Assembly: GCA_963575745.1 (NCBI GenBank)
Contig: CAUYUJ010000287.1
Coordinates: 1 to 64,000, forward strand
Reading direction: 5' to 3'
Length of the DNA: 64,000 bases
From: Prorocentrum cordatum
Lineage: Eukaryota
A program made the position numbers and the translations under genes. This document shows, in pieces, positions 27,555 through 39,070 of this stretch (the first letter of the stretch is position 1; each line of letters opens with the position of its first letter). The notes below the pieces were generated by a model. It saw nothing but the letters and a program-made list of their open reading frames with translations, searched no databases and was not told the DNA's origin.

Positions 27555-28030
27555 CATGCGAGGTCACCTTCGACGGCGGGGCCCGCTCCATTGCGGGCAG
27601 GGCGAAGGTGGCTGGCGCTGGCGCCACACTATGGCACCGCCTGGCAAACGGCGGGCCACCCACAAGAATCGCCTCCTGCATGGTCGCCATTCCTGGTTCA
27701 GACAGCGCTCAAGTCGGTGAGGCCGCCGGCTGCTGAGCCGGACTGGGCCCATTGGGCGCCCTAGACGCGTCCACCGGCGGGGCGCGCGCCGCCAGTGTCG
27801 CAGGCGACAACCTCGCAGCCGTCCGGTACGGGGCCGGCGCAGGGAGATATCGGAGACTGCGCCTGTGTGCGCAGATGGATCAAGGCCTCCGCTGCGCCTG
27901 TGTGCGCAGATGGATCAAGGCCTCCGCCCCCTGGCTGCCGAGGGGTGGCGACTCACCTGGCAGGCCGTCAGGAGACGGCTGAACAAGGCTGCGGACGCGC
28001 TTGCCGCCCTAGGGGTCTTTTGGGCCGACG
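27555..28030 (+). pseudogene. RNase HI-like domain, disrupted by a stop and a 35-bp tandem duplication
   Basis: VTFDGGAR...AGAGATLW...SAQVGEAAG, then VAGDNLAAV, then WQAVRRRLNKAADALA, giving D-E-D-D catalytic spacing. Exact duplication at 27857-27891/27892-27926. Confidence 0.85.
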
Positions 28031-28469
28031 GTCTTAGAGAGGCGGGGCCTGCCGCCGTATCCACGTGGATTGCGTGGCACGCTATGCCCACCTACGACGT
28101 GCCAAACGCCGTTCCCGATCATAGCCTAGCCAGGCTCCCCGCCTGCGACATCCCCGCATCCGTTGAGGCACTCGACACGCGCAAACAGGCATATCAGGAA
28201 CAGAGGTGGTGCCTAACCCCCCCTTTCGTCGCCTTCTCGCCCGCCCCGCCCGCTAAGGTCCGGGGCGCTGCCTTCCGTATCCGCTTCTGCCTGGACGTTG
28301 GGCTTCTTTTGCCCCCTGTTCCCCCATGGTTCGTGGCCCGGTGGCCGCATGCGGCCCCCTGCCGCCCGCGGCCACTCAGGAACGCGCCGGGGCGCATCAT
28401 TTTCATGCGCCGCGAGGCCCCTGGCATCAGATGGACTTGCACGGACGACGACAACGGCAGGGGACGTTG

Positions 28470-28545
28470 GGGCTGGCTCTGCGACGGATGCGACAAGGCG
28501 GTCAACGACCAGCAGCACTTCACGTCGACCGAGCACATGAAGCAG
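28470..28545 (+). other. C2H2 (matrin/U1-like) zinc finger
   Basis: WLCDGCDKAVNDQQHFTSTEH, in the same open frame (27865-29175) as the RNase H C-terminus. Confidence 0.6.
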
Positions 28546-30149
28546 CGCAAGCAGACCCAGCTCGCAGAGCACATGGAAGGGGACACCCCACAGGGGCTAC
28601 CTGATCCCCAGCGGTTCATAATGGGAGGCGACCTGTGGGCCATGACCGGGGGTAAAGCCACGCCGGGTACCCCCCGGGTGCAGTGCCCAGGCTGGTGCTG
28701 GGACTGGGGCCTCGACGAGATGAGGCCCCCCGTCGACCCCTGTGTCTACGAGTCGGACTGGGGCTCGATTCCGATCGGATTTCCGGGGTGCTACGACGGG
28801 CCTGGACCCCCCCCTCTGGGATTGGTGATCAGCAGCGACAAAATACAACCGCCCTGGGCCAAGACCGCCAGCCCCAAACGGCAGACGAAGGAGCAACTAC
28901 TCCGCGACGCAGGACAATCACTGGCCGGTTCTCTGGCTATGAGGGGTGCGTCCATCTCCTCTCTGGGACAGTCCGCCGACGTGCCGCCCCCCCCCCCGGG
29001 CCCCCGCCGGCGGCGCAAGCGGCCATTCCCAGGCCCTCCCCCTGGGCGTCGTCCTCTTCCGGCCCCAGCTGCCCCGGGAAGCGCCCTGACCCTTCCAGGG
29101 GCCCATGCAAGGCCGGAACGCCAGCCCCGCCGTCGCCAGGGGCGCCCGCCACCGAAGAGCGACGCATGCAGCTAGCAAAGAATGCTGAGGGCCTCTGCAG
29201 TGTCCCTTGGTACATGGACCAAAGCAGCGCGGCGTCGCGCCCCTGCCTCGGACCCGTCCCTGGAGCAATCCCGCTGCAGTCAGACTGGATGCGACGGCTG
29301 CAGACATGCGGCAGGGAGCTCAAAAGGGTCTTCTTTACCGAGTTCTACGCGAACGTGGAGCCCCCGACGACGGCGCCACAACAACCCGACATATCATCGC
29401 TAGCAAGACTACCTGCGCTCTAGACGTGCAGGTCCACCCTTGTTTCGCGCCTGGAGAACAGTGCAAAGATCTCCTGGGTAAGTGCCAGCTACAGGATCGA
29501 CTCAGAGGCCAAGGACAGGGGCAAAGCGGATACTGCCTACTCGCGTGGGACAAGATGTGGGCCATGGAGTGGACGGAGCGCGACGCGACGGCCGGCGCCC
29601 CGAGGCCCGCCATGATCTCCGAGACCTCGCCAACGGTGGACTTCTTGGCCGAGATGATTCCTGTCAGACCCCCAGCCCCTGGCGCTGAGGTCTCGGGCGC
29701 AGACCGGCGCTGCCCCTCTGGCATAGCCCTGGTCCACTACGACACCAAGAAGGACGGGCGCAGGGTCGACCGCGCCACGAGGATGGCCCAATTCAACAAG
29801 GTCTACGCCGCGATCCGGGAATTCCCCATCGGCCTGGTGCGAGAGGGCCGCCCTTTGGGGCACCGCCCTCCCGGCCATAGTCTGGGCGCTCGTATTCCGA
29901 CACGAGGAGCGCGACAACAAGGCCGGCGCCCCGTCCGTGCCTGCGCAAGGCGTAGCAGCGGACCGACTGCTCGCACAGGCCTCGGCGACATTGGAACGCA
30001 TGATCGACGACCCCGACCATGCCGGCGCCAGCCAACGCACGGCCGAACCGCCCCTGACGCTCCAGCAGGCTGACGAGTCCCCCGGCTGCGTCTTTCAACG
30101 ACTGCAGCCTGTCCCGATGGAGGAGCACCTGGAGCGCGCCTGCAACTTG

Positions 30150-31790
30150 CGCCGCGCCAGTAACGCTCGGCGTCGCTGCGTGCTTGCGACCCAGAACTTA
30201 CTCCTCACCCTGTGCCACGGGCCGCCCGCCACAGGTAAGACCAAGGTCGCGGCCTGCACAGCGGATGCCTACATGTCGCGTCTCGCCCCAGGATGGGGCG
30301 TGGGGTGCTTCGGCGGCGCCGGCGGATCCATGGGTAACCTGGCGGAGCAGATCGGGAAGATCTTGTCTTAGGACTGCAGTGACCTGTTTCCCTGCTCGGC
30401 CGCGCGCCTCGCGCGCGAGGACAAGGTAATGGGCAGCGCCGCCAAGGAGATTACCCCTGTCGTCAAGTGCGTCGAAACGCACAACATCCCAGAAGGCAGT
30501 GTCACTACGGACCACGCGCACTGGCCCCTAAGTGTCGGGCGGAGATCGCGACCGAGGCGAAGCTCATCCTGGCCACGCGCGAAGCGGGAGCTGACCTTTG
30601 GGACAATAAGTTCCCCATGTGCCTCTTGGACGAGGCAGGTCAGACGTCCGAACCCTCGGCCATCATGTCCCTGATCCACGCCGTCCGATGCGGGGCCAGA
30701 ACAGTCCTCTTCGGCGACGGGCGGCATCTGTGCCCGTCGGTCAAGTCTCAACAGGTACTGCGCTGCGGCCTCGGCATTTCCATCCTCGCCAAGTACGTGT
30801 CAGCTATAGGAGAGATCCCTGGCTGCAGCGTCGCCCTGGAAGAGTGCTACCGGATCCACTCTTCCTTGCTCGCAATGCCCTCGGTCACGTTCTATGGGGG
30901 CAGGCTGGTCTCGGCCATCCTGGGCCCCATGCGGCAACGCCCCTGCGCCGAAGGACTGCAGCGGCCGCTCGCAGTACCGTTGTCAAACGAGGAGTACGAA
31001 GCAGCAAGGGACGAGGAAAGAAGATGCGGCCCCGCCAATTCCCTGATCGACACCGCAGGCGGATTCAGGAGTAAGGCGGCCTGTCGGCCGGTCCCGAGAG
31101 GAAACGGCAGCACCGTCTTCGACCAACACGGTTTCCTAATCGCGCGCGTCCCCTCACAAGAGGCCCAGTCCTCGCACCAGGACGGTTGCGCCAACATCCG
31201 CGAAGCACGCGCCGTCGTGGCCCTGGTGAAGGCCCTCGTGCCCTGGGCAACAAGTACCAATAGTGCCATCCTGGTGCTGTCGCCGGACAAGCTGCAGCTG
31301 ACCCCCGTGCTTCCAGGTAGCCCCTGCCTTCCGCAGGACATCAGTCGCTGCTCACGGGCGGCCCGCGCAGACGGGTCCGAGGCGAACGTGGGCGCCGCAG
31401 ATTCCCAGCGCTACCAGGGCCGGGCCAGCTCTCGTTCCTTTCCCGCCGACAATGGGCACATCACAGGAGGGGCCCGGATCAAGCGCGCCACGGCAGCCAA
31501 CGGCCTGAAAGAGCGCTTCGACGGGCTCGTGGACCTGTTCCCTCACCTCCATGCAAACGAGACCCTCCGCGTCACCGCCATCGACTCCGCCAGGGTCAAG
31601 AGGCATCCGTTCCTATACTAATGACCACCAGGGCCAACTCCATGCATAATTGGGGCCACGTGGGCGACCAGCATCGCATCACCGTGGGCGTGACGCGCCC
31701 GCAATGCAACCTCATCGTGACCGCAGACGCAAGGATGTTCCGCGCAGCCACCGACGTCGCCCTCCACCACCTGAGCACCTGGGCTCAGAA
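30150..31790 (+). pseudogene. Upf1/NAM7/DNA2-like superfamily 1 helicase, frameshifted
   Basis: LTLCHGPPATGKT (Walker A, 30219-30242), LLDEAGQTSEP (30629), VLFGDGRHLCPSV, LEECYRIHSSLLAMPSVTFYGGRL, NIREARAVVALV, ILVLSPD, VTAIDSA and TRAN...GHVGDQHRITVGVTR. Confidence 0.9.
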
Positions 31791-32199
31791 GGCAAGCCTT
31801 GCCTTCGAGTCCAACGACAACCTGGATGGAGCTCTGCGCCAGACCCTCGCGGACCCACGCGTCTTTCAGGACGACATCCCCGACGCCGCCAGCCCGGAGG
31901 AGAAGGCCCGGCTGCAGGCGGGTGCCGACCGCAGGCAGAAGGAGAAGGAGGTGATCAAGGCCCGTCAAGCTCAACAGGCGGGCTTCTCGGCCCGCGCCGA
32001 CCTGCCACTCCCTGCAGACCACAGCTGGAAAGACCAGCAGGACGACGTCAACGCTGCGGTCGTGCGACTCCTGTACTGCGCAGCGCTCGGACACTGCATT
32101 CTTTGGTGCCTCGGGCTGCGCCCGCGCCAGTTCGGCGTGGCGGATCAGCCCGCGGACCCCAGCATGCAGGACAGGGAAGGATGGAGCATGAACGGGTGC

Positions 32200-32820
32200 C
32201 TCTTCGTCTGCTCCATGCTGGTGGGACTGGGCGCCGGTGACCTGGTCTACACGGCAGTCTCATGTGGGCCATCCGGCTCGGAGCCTCGAGAGACGACAGC
32301 GCCCAGGCCGTTGACCCCGCCCTGATCCCACCAAGAAGGGGGCGACCGAACATGCGGGCAGCGCGGCATATCAAGGAGGCCTGAATCCCCTCCACCGTCA
32401 CCAGACGCCGCCCCAAATGCTGGCAGCCGTCAACCAGCAAATGCCAGAAGCACAAGGAACCACCCACGCCAGCGGTGTTTCAGGCCTTTTGCGACATGGA
32501 CTCAAGAGGACGCTCGACCGCAGTCCTGCACCGCCTCCTGGACAGCACTGGCGCGACCCTGGGAGCCATCCAAGCCAGAATCCTGCTCGCCCTGTCCCTA
32601 CTCTTGCAGCGCGATCCGCGCGCCTGCCTGTGCCCGTGCGGGGGCGCCGAGGGCGTCGGCGACATGATGGAGGCCATTCTTGGCTTGTGCGAGCCGTGCC
32701 GCCCGCGCGACAGGGTTGCGCGGGACCACCTAGGTGCGCTGTTCGGACCTCAGGACCGGCACTTCAGGGAGCTGCGCTCGGCGCTGGAACTCTTGATTTC
32801 CGCGGTGTCACGCTTAATCA
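32200..32820 (+). pseudogene. Possible RNase III-like domain
   Basis: GAGDLVY (32230-32250; cf. LGDAVY), AVLHRLL...AIQARILL (cf. Mini-III LH...QA..L) and GVGDMMEAILGL (32652-32687; cf. ADxxEALIG). Spacing is longer than canonical. Confidence 0.35.
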
Positions 32821-32999
32821 TGGTCGCCCGTCCCCGCCCCCTGGTCATCAATGCGAATTGCCCCCCAACCTGGAAGGACCTTGAGGCTGGGAGGTTCTCG
32901 CCCCAGGTCACCCTCGCAGTCGTCGAAGGTGCTGTTTCTACCGCTGACCTCTCGGCCTTGGCGGGCCACGAGTGCACGGTGTGCGCGCTCTAGGTCGAC

Positions 33000-35900
33000 G
33001 TGCTCGGGTTCGGCATCGGCCTCGCTGATGACCCTGCAAAGCAGGCAGGCAGGGTCGCCTGGATAGGCGGGGGGTATTCATTCACGCACCTGCACCTGGA
33101 CGCGCCCGCCCCACTCGGGCCCCGTCCTGGCGCGACGCTACGGCCTCCCTGGACAGACGAGCGTGACGCCAGGTGGACGATGGGGCAGAACAGGGCCGAC
33201 TTCTACTGCCAGGGGCGCCTCCGTGGCCTTTTCAAGCACGACAAGGGTGCGTGCGCTAGCGGATCCAGGCTGACGGAGTACTACCAAGGGAGGGGCCTCC
33301 CCTGGCTGTGCACTTGCTGCTGGACCACGAAGGAGCGCCAGCCTATCCCGGCTGACGTGGAGTTCAAGGACTGGATCAACGATCGCCCCGACGACGTGCC
33401 GGTGCGCACGACGCGCGCCTTGCCGGGGCTATGCCCAGCGCCGGCACCCACGGCCTTCACGCCCCTGGAGCAGCTCCAGGTCCCACTGGGCGGCGAGCTG
33501 AACCCGCTCAACGTGGGAACCACGCTGCCAGCCAGCGCGAACGACGACCGCCTGATCCCCCATTTCCACAAGGGCGACTTCGGCATCTGGCGGCGCGTCG
33601 GCTGCCCACCCGGCACAGAGGGACACAGATGGCAGCCCGGACAGCCATTCCCTGGCGTGCACGGTCACACCGCTGACCTTGAAGGCCTCCGCGCCGGCCT
33701 AACCCTGGTCCACGGGCTTCCGCCTGTCCAGCTACTGAAGGAGATGTTCCTGTCCAAGCGCTGGCACGCAGGCTGGTGCTGGAGGGAATGCCTGACCCAC
33801 CAATGGCACATGGCCCCGTCCGCAGTGCAGTACATACTCAACAGGTACGGCCCTGCGGTATACCCTGGCCCAGGAGCCAAACCCCTCGCCGCGCTACCCG
33901 GCATCCCCGCCGCCCCCGCAGGGGTTGCATTGCGCCCCAGCCACAAGGAAGTGCAACGGCGGGCCGCGGCCTGGGACGAGGAGGCGCGCGCCCACCAGGA
34001 GCGCCTTCGCAGCGCGCTGCCACCCCCGCCAGAGAACGAGCAACAACGCCATGCTTGGGCGCGATGGATGACAGCCAGGAAGACGCACGTAAAGGTTGTG
34101 GCGCAGATCAGGGGTCAGGGCGACGGAGGGGCACGCGGCGGCGGGGTCAGGCGCGCGGGAACATATGCCAGCGCGTCAGCTCAGCCAGCCCCGCGCCCTG
34201 CGACCAGCAGCGGGCCCCAGCAGGACGACGGCCCTCGCGCGGGCGGGCGCTACGACCGTCCCCCCGGCCAAGCAGACAGCCCAAGACCCACAAAGGACCG
34301 GCGCCTGACGCCCCCCGATTTACCACCGCCCACGCCGCGGGACAGTGAGCCGACCTCGGCTCCTCCCGCCACGCGACCCACGGCAACCAAGTCCTTGGGG
34401 GCCCCACCGGCCGCCGACGTAAATCCTGATCCCCTCCTCGAGCGCGAGGATCCCGACCGCCGATCCGCGGCAAGGGCGAGTCCCAGACGCGCCGCTCCAG
34501 GGCCCCGCCCGCCCAATCGCAACGGACAGCCCGGGCATCGAGAGCGGCGACTACGTGGTCATCAGAAACGACACCCTCCCCCGGGCCAGGTGGTTCAGGT
34601 CGGCGCAGAGCACTGAGCCCCTGTCCATGCAGCCCCTGGGCGGAGCAGCATTCGGACCTATCCGCGACGTCCAGACCCGCGACGAGGACGGGCGAACCCT
34701 GATCGTCCAAATCGACAGCGAGTGGCTTGAAGTCTGGGGTGCAGGGACCAGGGCGCCACGCGTTGACGTCCTACGCGGCAGTGCGGCGCGCCGTGCAGTC
34801 ACCTTCCTGGGCGGGGCCCCCGACGAGGCACAAGCGCCGCAGGAGCCAGCGGCGCCCCCGCCGGCTCCTGGCTCGGCGCCGACCCTGGAAGCGACGCAGC
34901 GACGTCTGCAGGAGGGACTCAGCCCAAATCCAGGGCCCAGCCCTGCACGCCACGTGCGGTCGCTCAGGGACCCACGCACGAGCTGCCGCCACGCGAGCAC
35001 ACCAAGGGGGATATCCCCGACTATGCCAACGAAGACCAGGAGGAGGACCAGAAACAGAGGCTTGCGGAGGCCGCAGGCATGGTCCACGCGGTCTCACCCT
35101 CCCCAGAGAGACGCGGGCATGGCCAATTCGAGACGAACCCGCGAGAGGTGCGACGCAGCAGTCCCGAGCTCGACGCAGGCGGAACACGCCAGGCCCGCCA
35201 AGCCCACGCACCCACGGGACAGACCGAGCTGGCGATGGCCGCCGCCGACGACCGTGCCCTGCACGCGCGGCTCAGAATGGCGGCCTCAGGAGCCGGGCGC
35301 GCCGCGCCCAACCCCCACCCCTCGCGCGAACACGGGCGCGAGCGCGGCATAGCTAGGGATCGAGCCCCCTGGGAACGGTGCGACAGCGCGGTGCGGCGCT
35401 CGTCCAGAGACACCGGCGATTGGGACCGAGCCAGAGAGCGCGACCGCGACTGGGACCGCGATCGTGACAGGCTGCGTAGGGTGGGCCCCTTGGCATCAAC
35501 AAGGCACCAGCGATCGGGGCCGTGCCAGGGAACGCGACCGCGACCAGGATCGCGATCGCGACAGGGGCGTAGGGTGGGCCCCTTGGCATCAACAGGACGA
35601 TCGCCGCAACCCTGAGCACAAGGACGATCGCCGCTTCCCTGACCCCATCCGCCCCTGGAGGGCCCGCCGTGTCAGCTGGCCACGACGCCCAGACGAGGCG
35701 GCGGCCGCCCACCTGAAGAGGCTGAAGGCCGAGGGAGGCTACCACTTGACCGTAGCCTGGCACTCGTGGCGCAGGCATATGGGTCAGGAGCGGGGCAAGG
35801 GCAAGTCCAAGGGCCAAGTCAAGTTCGACCCGACCTGCCGGCAGCCCAGCATGATCGATCAATTTCTAGAGGAAGTGGCCAGCAACCGCTACCACGTGGA

Positions 35901-36078
35901 TACGCGGTCCTGGAACACGGGCGTCTACGTGGACTGGGAACGCGAGAACGCCCTGTACCAGGAGTTCCAGAAGAAAAGGGAGGTGCCAAAGGTGAAGGAC
36001 GCGGGGAGGGCCAGGCACGCAGCTCTGGATACACCAACAACTGGGCCGGGAAGCGCCCCAGGCGCTGACCAGCTCTGA
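33000..36078 (+). pseudogene. Unassigned C-terminal coding region of the element (Cys-rich segment, Pro-rich and RD-repeat segments)
   Basis: ORFs 33000-34616 and 35464-36078 have the same coding-like composition. They contain FYCQG...CASG...WLCTCCW and RERDRDQDRDRDR, and end at TGA 36078. Confidence 0.5.
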
Positions 36079-37570
36079 ACCTCCCCCCCCCTGACGGCGC
36101 ACAGGGTGCCGCGCTGCCGTGCCTCCTGATCCCTGCAGGTCTCGCGTCGCTGTGCTGCGAGCACAACCAGCGCGTCGCTGACCAATGCGCCCTGCCCTGG
36201 CTCCCCATCCCCTCCTCCTACGCACCTGGACCTGGGACTGTTTGCCCCCTGGTCCCGCATGCGCTGCGACGGCGGCTGGGACTACAGCGCCCTGCTGCAG
36301 GAACCCGGCGGCCCACGGGCACCGCCGTCCACGCGGGCGCAGGGGTCGGCCTCGCGCGCCTCGCAGCGGCGCTGTCAAGGGGTGCAGCGCCGCACGGTCC
36401 TCTTTGCCACGGGCGCCTTGCCCGTGCCGCCATGCCTGGCACTGGCGCCGCGTCGTCCTTCGCGAGTGCGGCCTTGTCTGCGCCTTCGGCTACCTGCCTT
36501 CCTCCTCCTCTCTTCCTTTTCTACTTGCACATGGGACTGTTAGCCCCCCCTGATCCGCTGGGCCTACCTGCCACCCGCGCCGCCCGAGCTGCCTTCCTGG
36601 TCCGGGCAATGGCGGCGCCCTCGTCCACGTCGGCCTGGTCAACGTCTTCGGCGACTTGCCCTCCTCCTCCCTCCTCCTTCGTTCACCTGGTGATGGGGCC
36701 GTTTGTCCCCCCTGATCCCGCAGGGTCTCCCTGCTCCACTCGGCCACGCGCTGCTGCTGGTGCGGGGCTGCTCTGGCGACCGCCGGCTGGCTGGGGCGGC
36801 CTTTCTCCTTCCTGCCCGCTTCTCCCCCCCCCGCTCGATACCGCCCCTCCCATGGCGGCAGCGCCCAGCACTGCGCGGCTCCGGCCTGGTGCCTGGCGCT
36901 TGCACCTTGCCGCCTCGGCGGCTCCGCGGGTCTTGGCTCTGCGCGGCTTAGGCCTGGCCCTTGACACTGCGGAACGGCAGCGCAACGTGTGTGGCTCCTG
37001 CCCGTTCCCACGCGCTTGCCACTGCGGGGCAGGCCCCCTCCCTGCAGCGCACTGGCATCCTGTCGGTTATGGTCGGCAAGTTACCGGCTTCGCCTGGCCG
37101 CCGCGCCTTAGAGTGCGGCTGCTTTCCCATGTTCGTGGATTGGACTACCACGGCCTGGACCTCTTCGGCGCATATTTGGTGTCGCGACGTTGCGCTCCAA
37201 CCCATAGGTGCTACTCTTTCTCTCGGACGTTGTCCTGGTGGCGTGGCACGTCCTCCCCCGCAGTTGATGAGGCTGGTGTTCTCGAAGCGCCGCTGACGGC
37301 GCCACCGCCGACTTTTCGACTCCCGGGACTTCGCCGCCGGGCTCCTGTCCAAGGTGTACCTTTTCCTGCACTTCAACATCGGCACCGCCTGATGCCAGGG
37401 CTTCGCCCTCTCTCGGCCTTGACGTGAGGCCCCGCCTTCTTTTGCCCCCCCTCCCAAATTAATGTTGTGCGCGGCCCGCTTATTAACATCTATCGGAAGA
37501 GGTTCGCTCTCGCCCCGCAGATCCAAAAATATGTTCTACGAGTATTGTTTTTGTTCTTAGAGAATGCTTG

Positions 37571-37631
37571 GGTTCGAAAAACACCTCGTGGTAGGCCTAT
37601 AGGAATGCCGGGACGGTCGGTCCCTGCTCGA
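37571..37631 (-). repeat. Right imperfect inverted repeat (pairs with 22805-22865)
   Basis: See left repeat. It ends CTGCTCGA and is followed by AGTGGG, while the left repeat is preceded by TGTGGG. Confidence 0.7.
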
Positions 37632-37850
37632 AGTGGGTGGGTCGCGAGGCGGGCCGAGTGTGGGTCGCGGGTTGGTCGCGTGACCGATCGGGGTCCTGGG
37701 TCGTGGGTGGGTCGTGGGGCGCTTCGCCTGTGGGTCGCGGATGGGGTCGCGGGGCTGGCCGTTGGTCGCTCGCGTGACTGGTCTGGGGTGGTCCGCGGGG
37801 CGGGCCAGGGGTGGGTCGCGGGGCGGGTCGCGGTTGGGTCGCGGGGTCGG
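37632..37850. repeat. Degenerate gggtcgcg short-unit repeat
   Basis: Repeated gggtcgcgg/tgggtcg words. Confidence 0.75.
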
Positions 37851-37855
37851 TCAGT

Positions 37856-38034
37856 ATCGTTTAACCGATGTCTATCCCCATCCCCATCCACATCTCGAGC
37901 CCCGCCGTCTCACCACCTCAGTTGGGGATATGCCCTTCGAAACCCGAAAAGACGAGCTTATATCCCCATCAGGGGGGTTAATCGGCCAGTGGGGCCCAGC
38001 CCACGTTGCTGGGGATGGGGATCGGTTAAACGAT
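37856..38034. mobile_element. MITE-like ~180-bp element
   Basis: Perfect 14-bp inverted repeat ATCGTTTAACCGAT (37856-37869) / ATCGGTTAAACGAT (38021-38034), extended inward by ccccatcccc/ggggatgggg. Confidence 0.55.
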
Positions 38035-38459
38035 GCCCAGTATGTGAGAACATGATCCCGCACCGGGCACAATCACTTCATCTGTGCACCAGGGACTGTA
38101 AGGCCGTTTGGTCCACTCGCTCTGCTGACCAGGTGTTTATGCAACAGGTGCACAGAAGGGGAGGGCAGTTCCGTTCCAAACGGCGCCTTCGCTAGATTCT
38201 GTTTCTTGGTGCTCCAGCTTCTGGCACTTCCCATATCAACAGGGATCGATGATTTTTCCTCCCAACAAGGCCCTCGCTTGAACGGCAGCGCCACGTGGCG
38301 TTCGCTTCCCAAAAGGGGACCCCTCTCCATAATGGAAAAAGAGAGAGAGAGAGGGAGAGCTTGTTTGGGCTTCTCGGCCAGGAACGTGGAAGGGTGTCTT
38401 GCACCATCGTGACTGCATCCTGCGTTCACTATGGTCGTATTCATCCCCTCCTCTCCAGT

Positions 38460-39070
38460 ACCTTCCTCTCCCTCCTCCTCCTCCTCCTCCTCCTCCTCCT
38501 CCTCCTCCTCCTCCTCCTCCTCCTCCTCATCCTTCCCACCTTAGTTTTTTCCTCCTCCTTCCCACCTCCTCCTTCCCACCTCCTCCTCTCCTCCTCCTCC
38601 TTCCGACCTCTTCCTCCTCCTTCCCACCTCATCGCGCTTCTCTTCCCTCCTCTCCCTCCCCCCTCCCACCCCGCACGCGCGCCCCCGCGTGTGCGGGAGC
38701 CAGGCTCGCCTCCCGGCCAACGTCCACTTCGTCCTCCCGCCTCCTCCTCCTCCTCCTCCTCCTCCTCCTCCTCCTCCTTCCCCTCGTTTTCCTCCTCGTC
38801 ATTCTTCTCCACCCCCCCCTCCCCTCCCTTCATCCTCATCGTCGTCGTCGTCCTCCTCCTCCTTCTCCTCGTCCGCCGTCCCTCTCCCTCTTCCTCCTCC
38901 TCCTCCTCCTCCTCCTGCTCCTCCTCTTACTGCTCCTTCTCCTCCCCCTCCCATCCCCTATCTTCCACCATCTGCCTTCTGCCTTCGGCCTCCCTCCCAC
39001 CTGTTCCTCCTCGGATCCTCTTCCTCCTGCCTCCCTCCTCCCCCAACCTCCCTCTTTCCTCCTCGGATCC
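38460..39070. repeat. (CCT)n-rich low-complexity tract
   Basis: Direct inspection. Confidence 0.9.

Larger units (their letters stand above)
22805..37631 (+). mobile_element. ~14.8-kb decayed composite element: non-LTR pol plus Upf1-like helicase cargo, bounded by imperfect inverted repeats
   Basis: Continuous microsatellite-free coding-like sequence, with all recognisable domains on the + strand. Ends 22805-22865 and 37571-37631 are 42/61 identical as ungapped inverted repeats. Confidence 0.7.

Noticed and set aside
30150..31790. Helitron interpretation of the helicase
   Set aside because: Motifs are Upf1-type (GPPxTGKT, DEAGQ), not Pif1-type, and no HUH Rep domain is seen.
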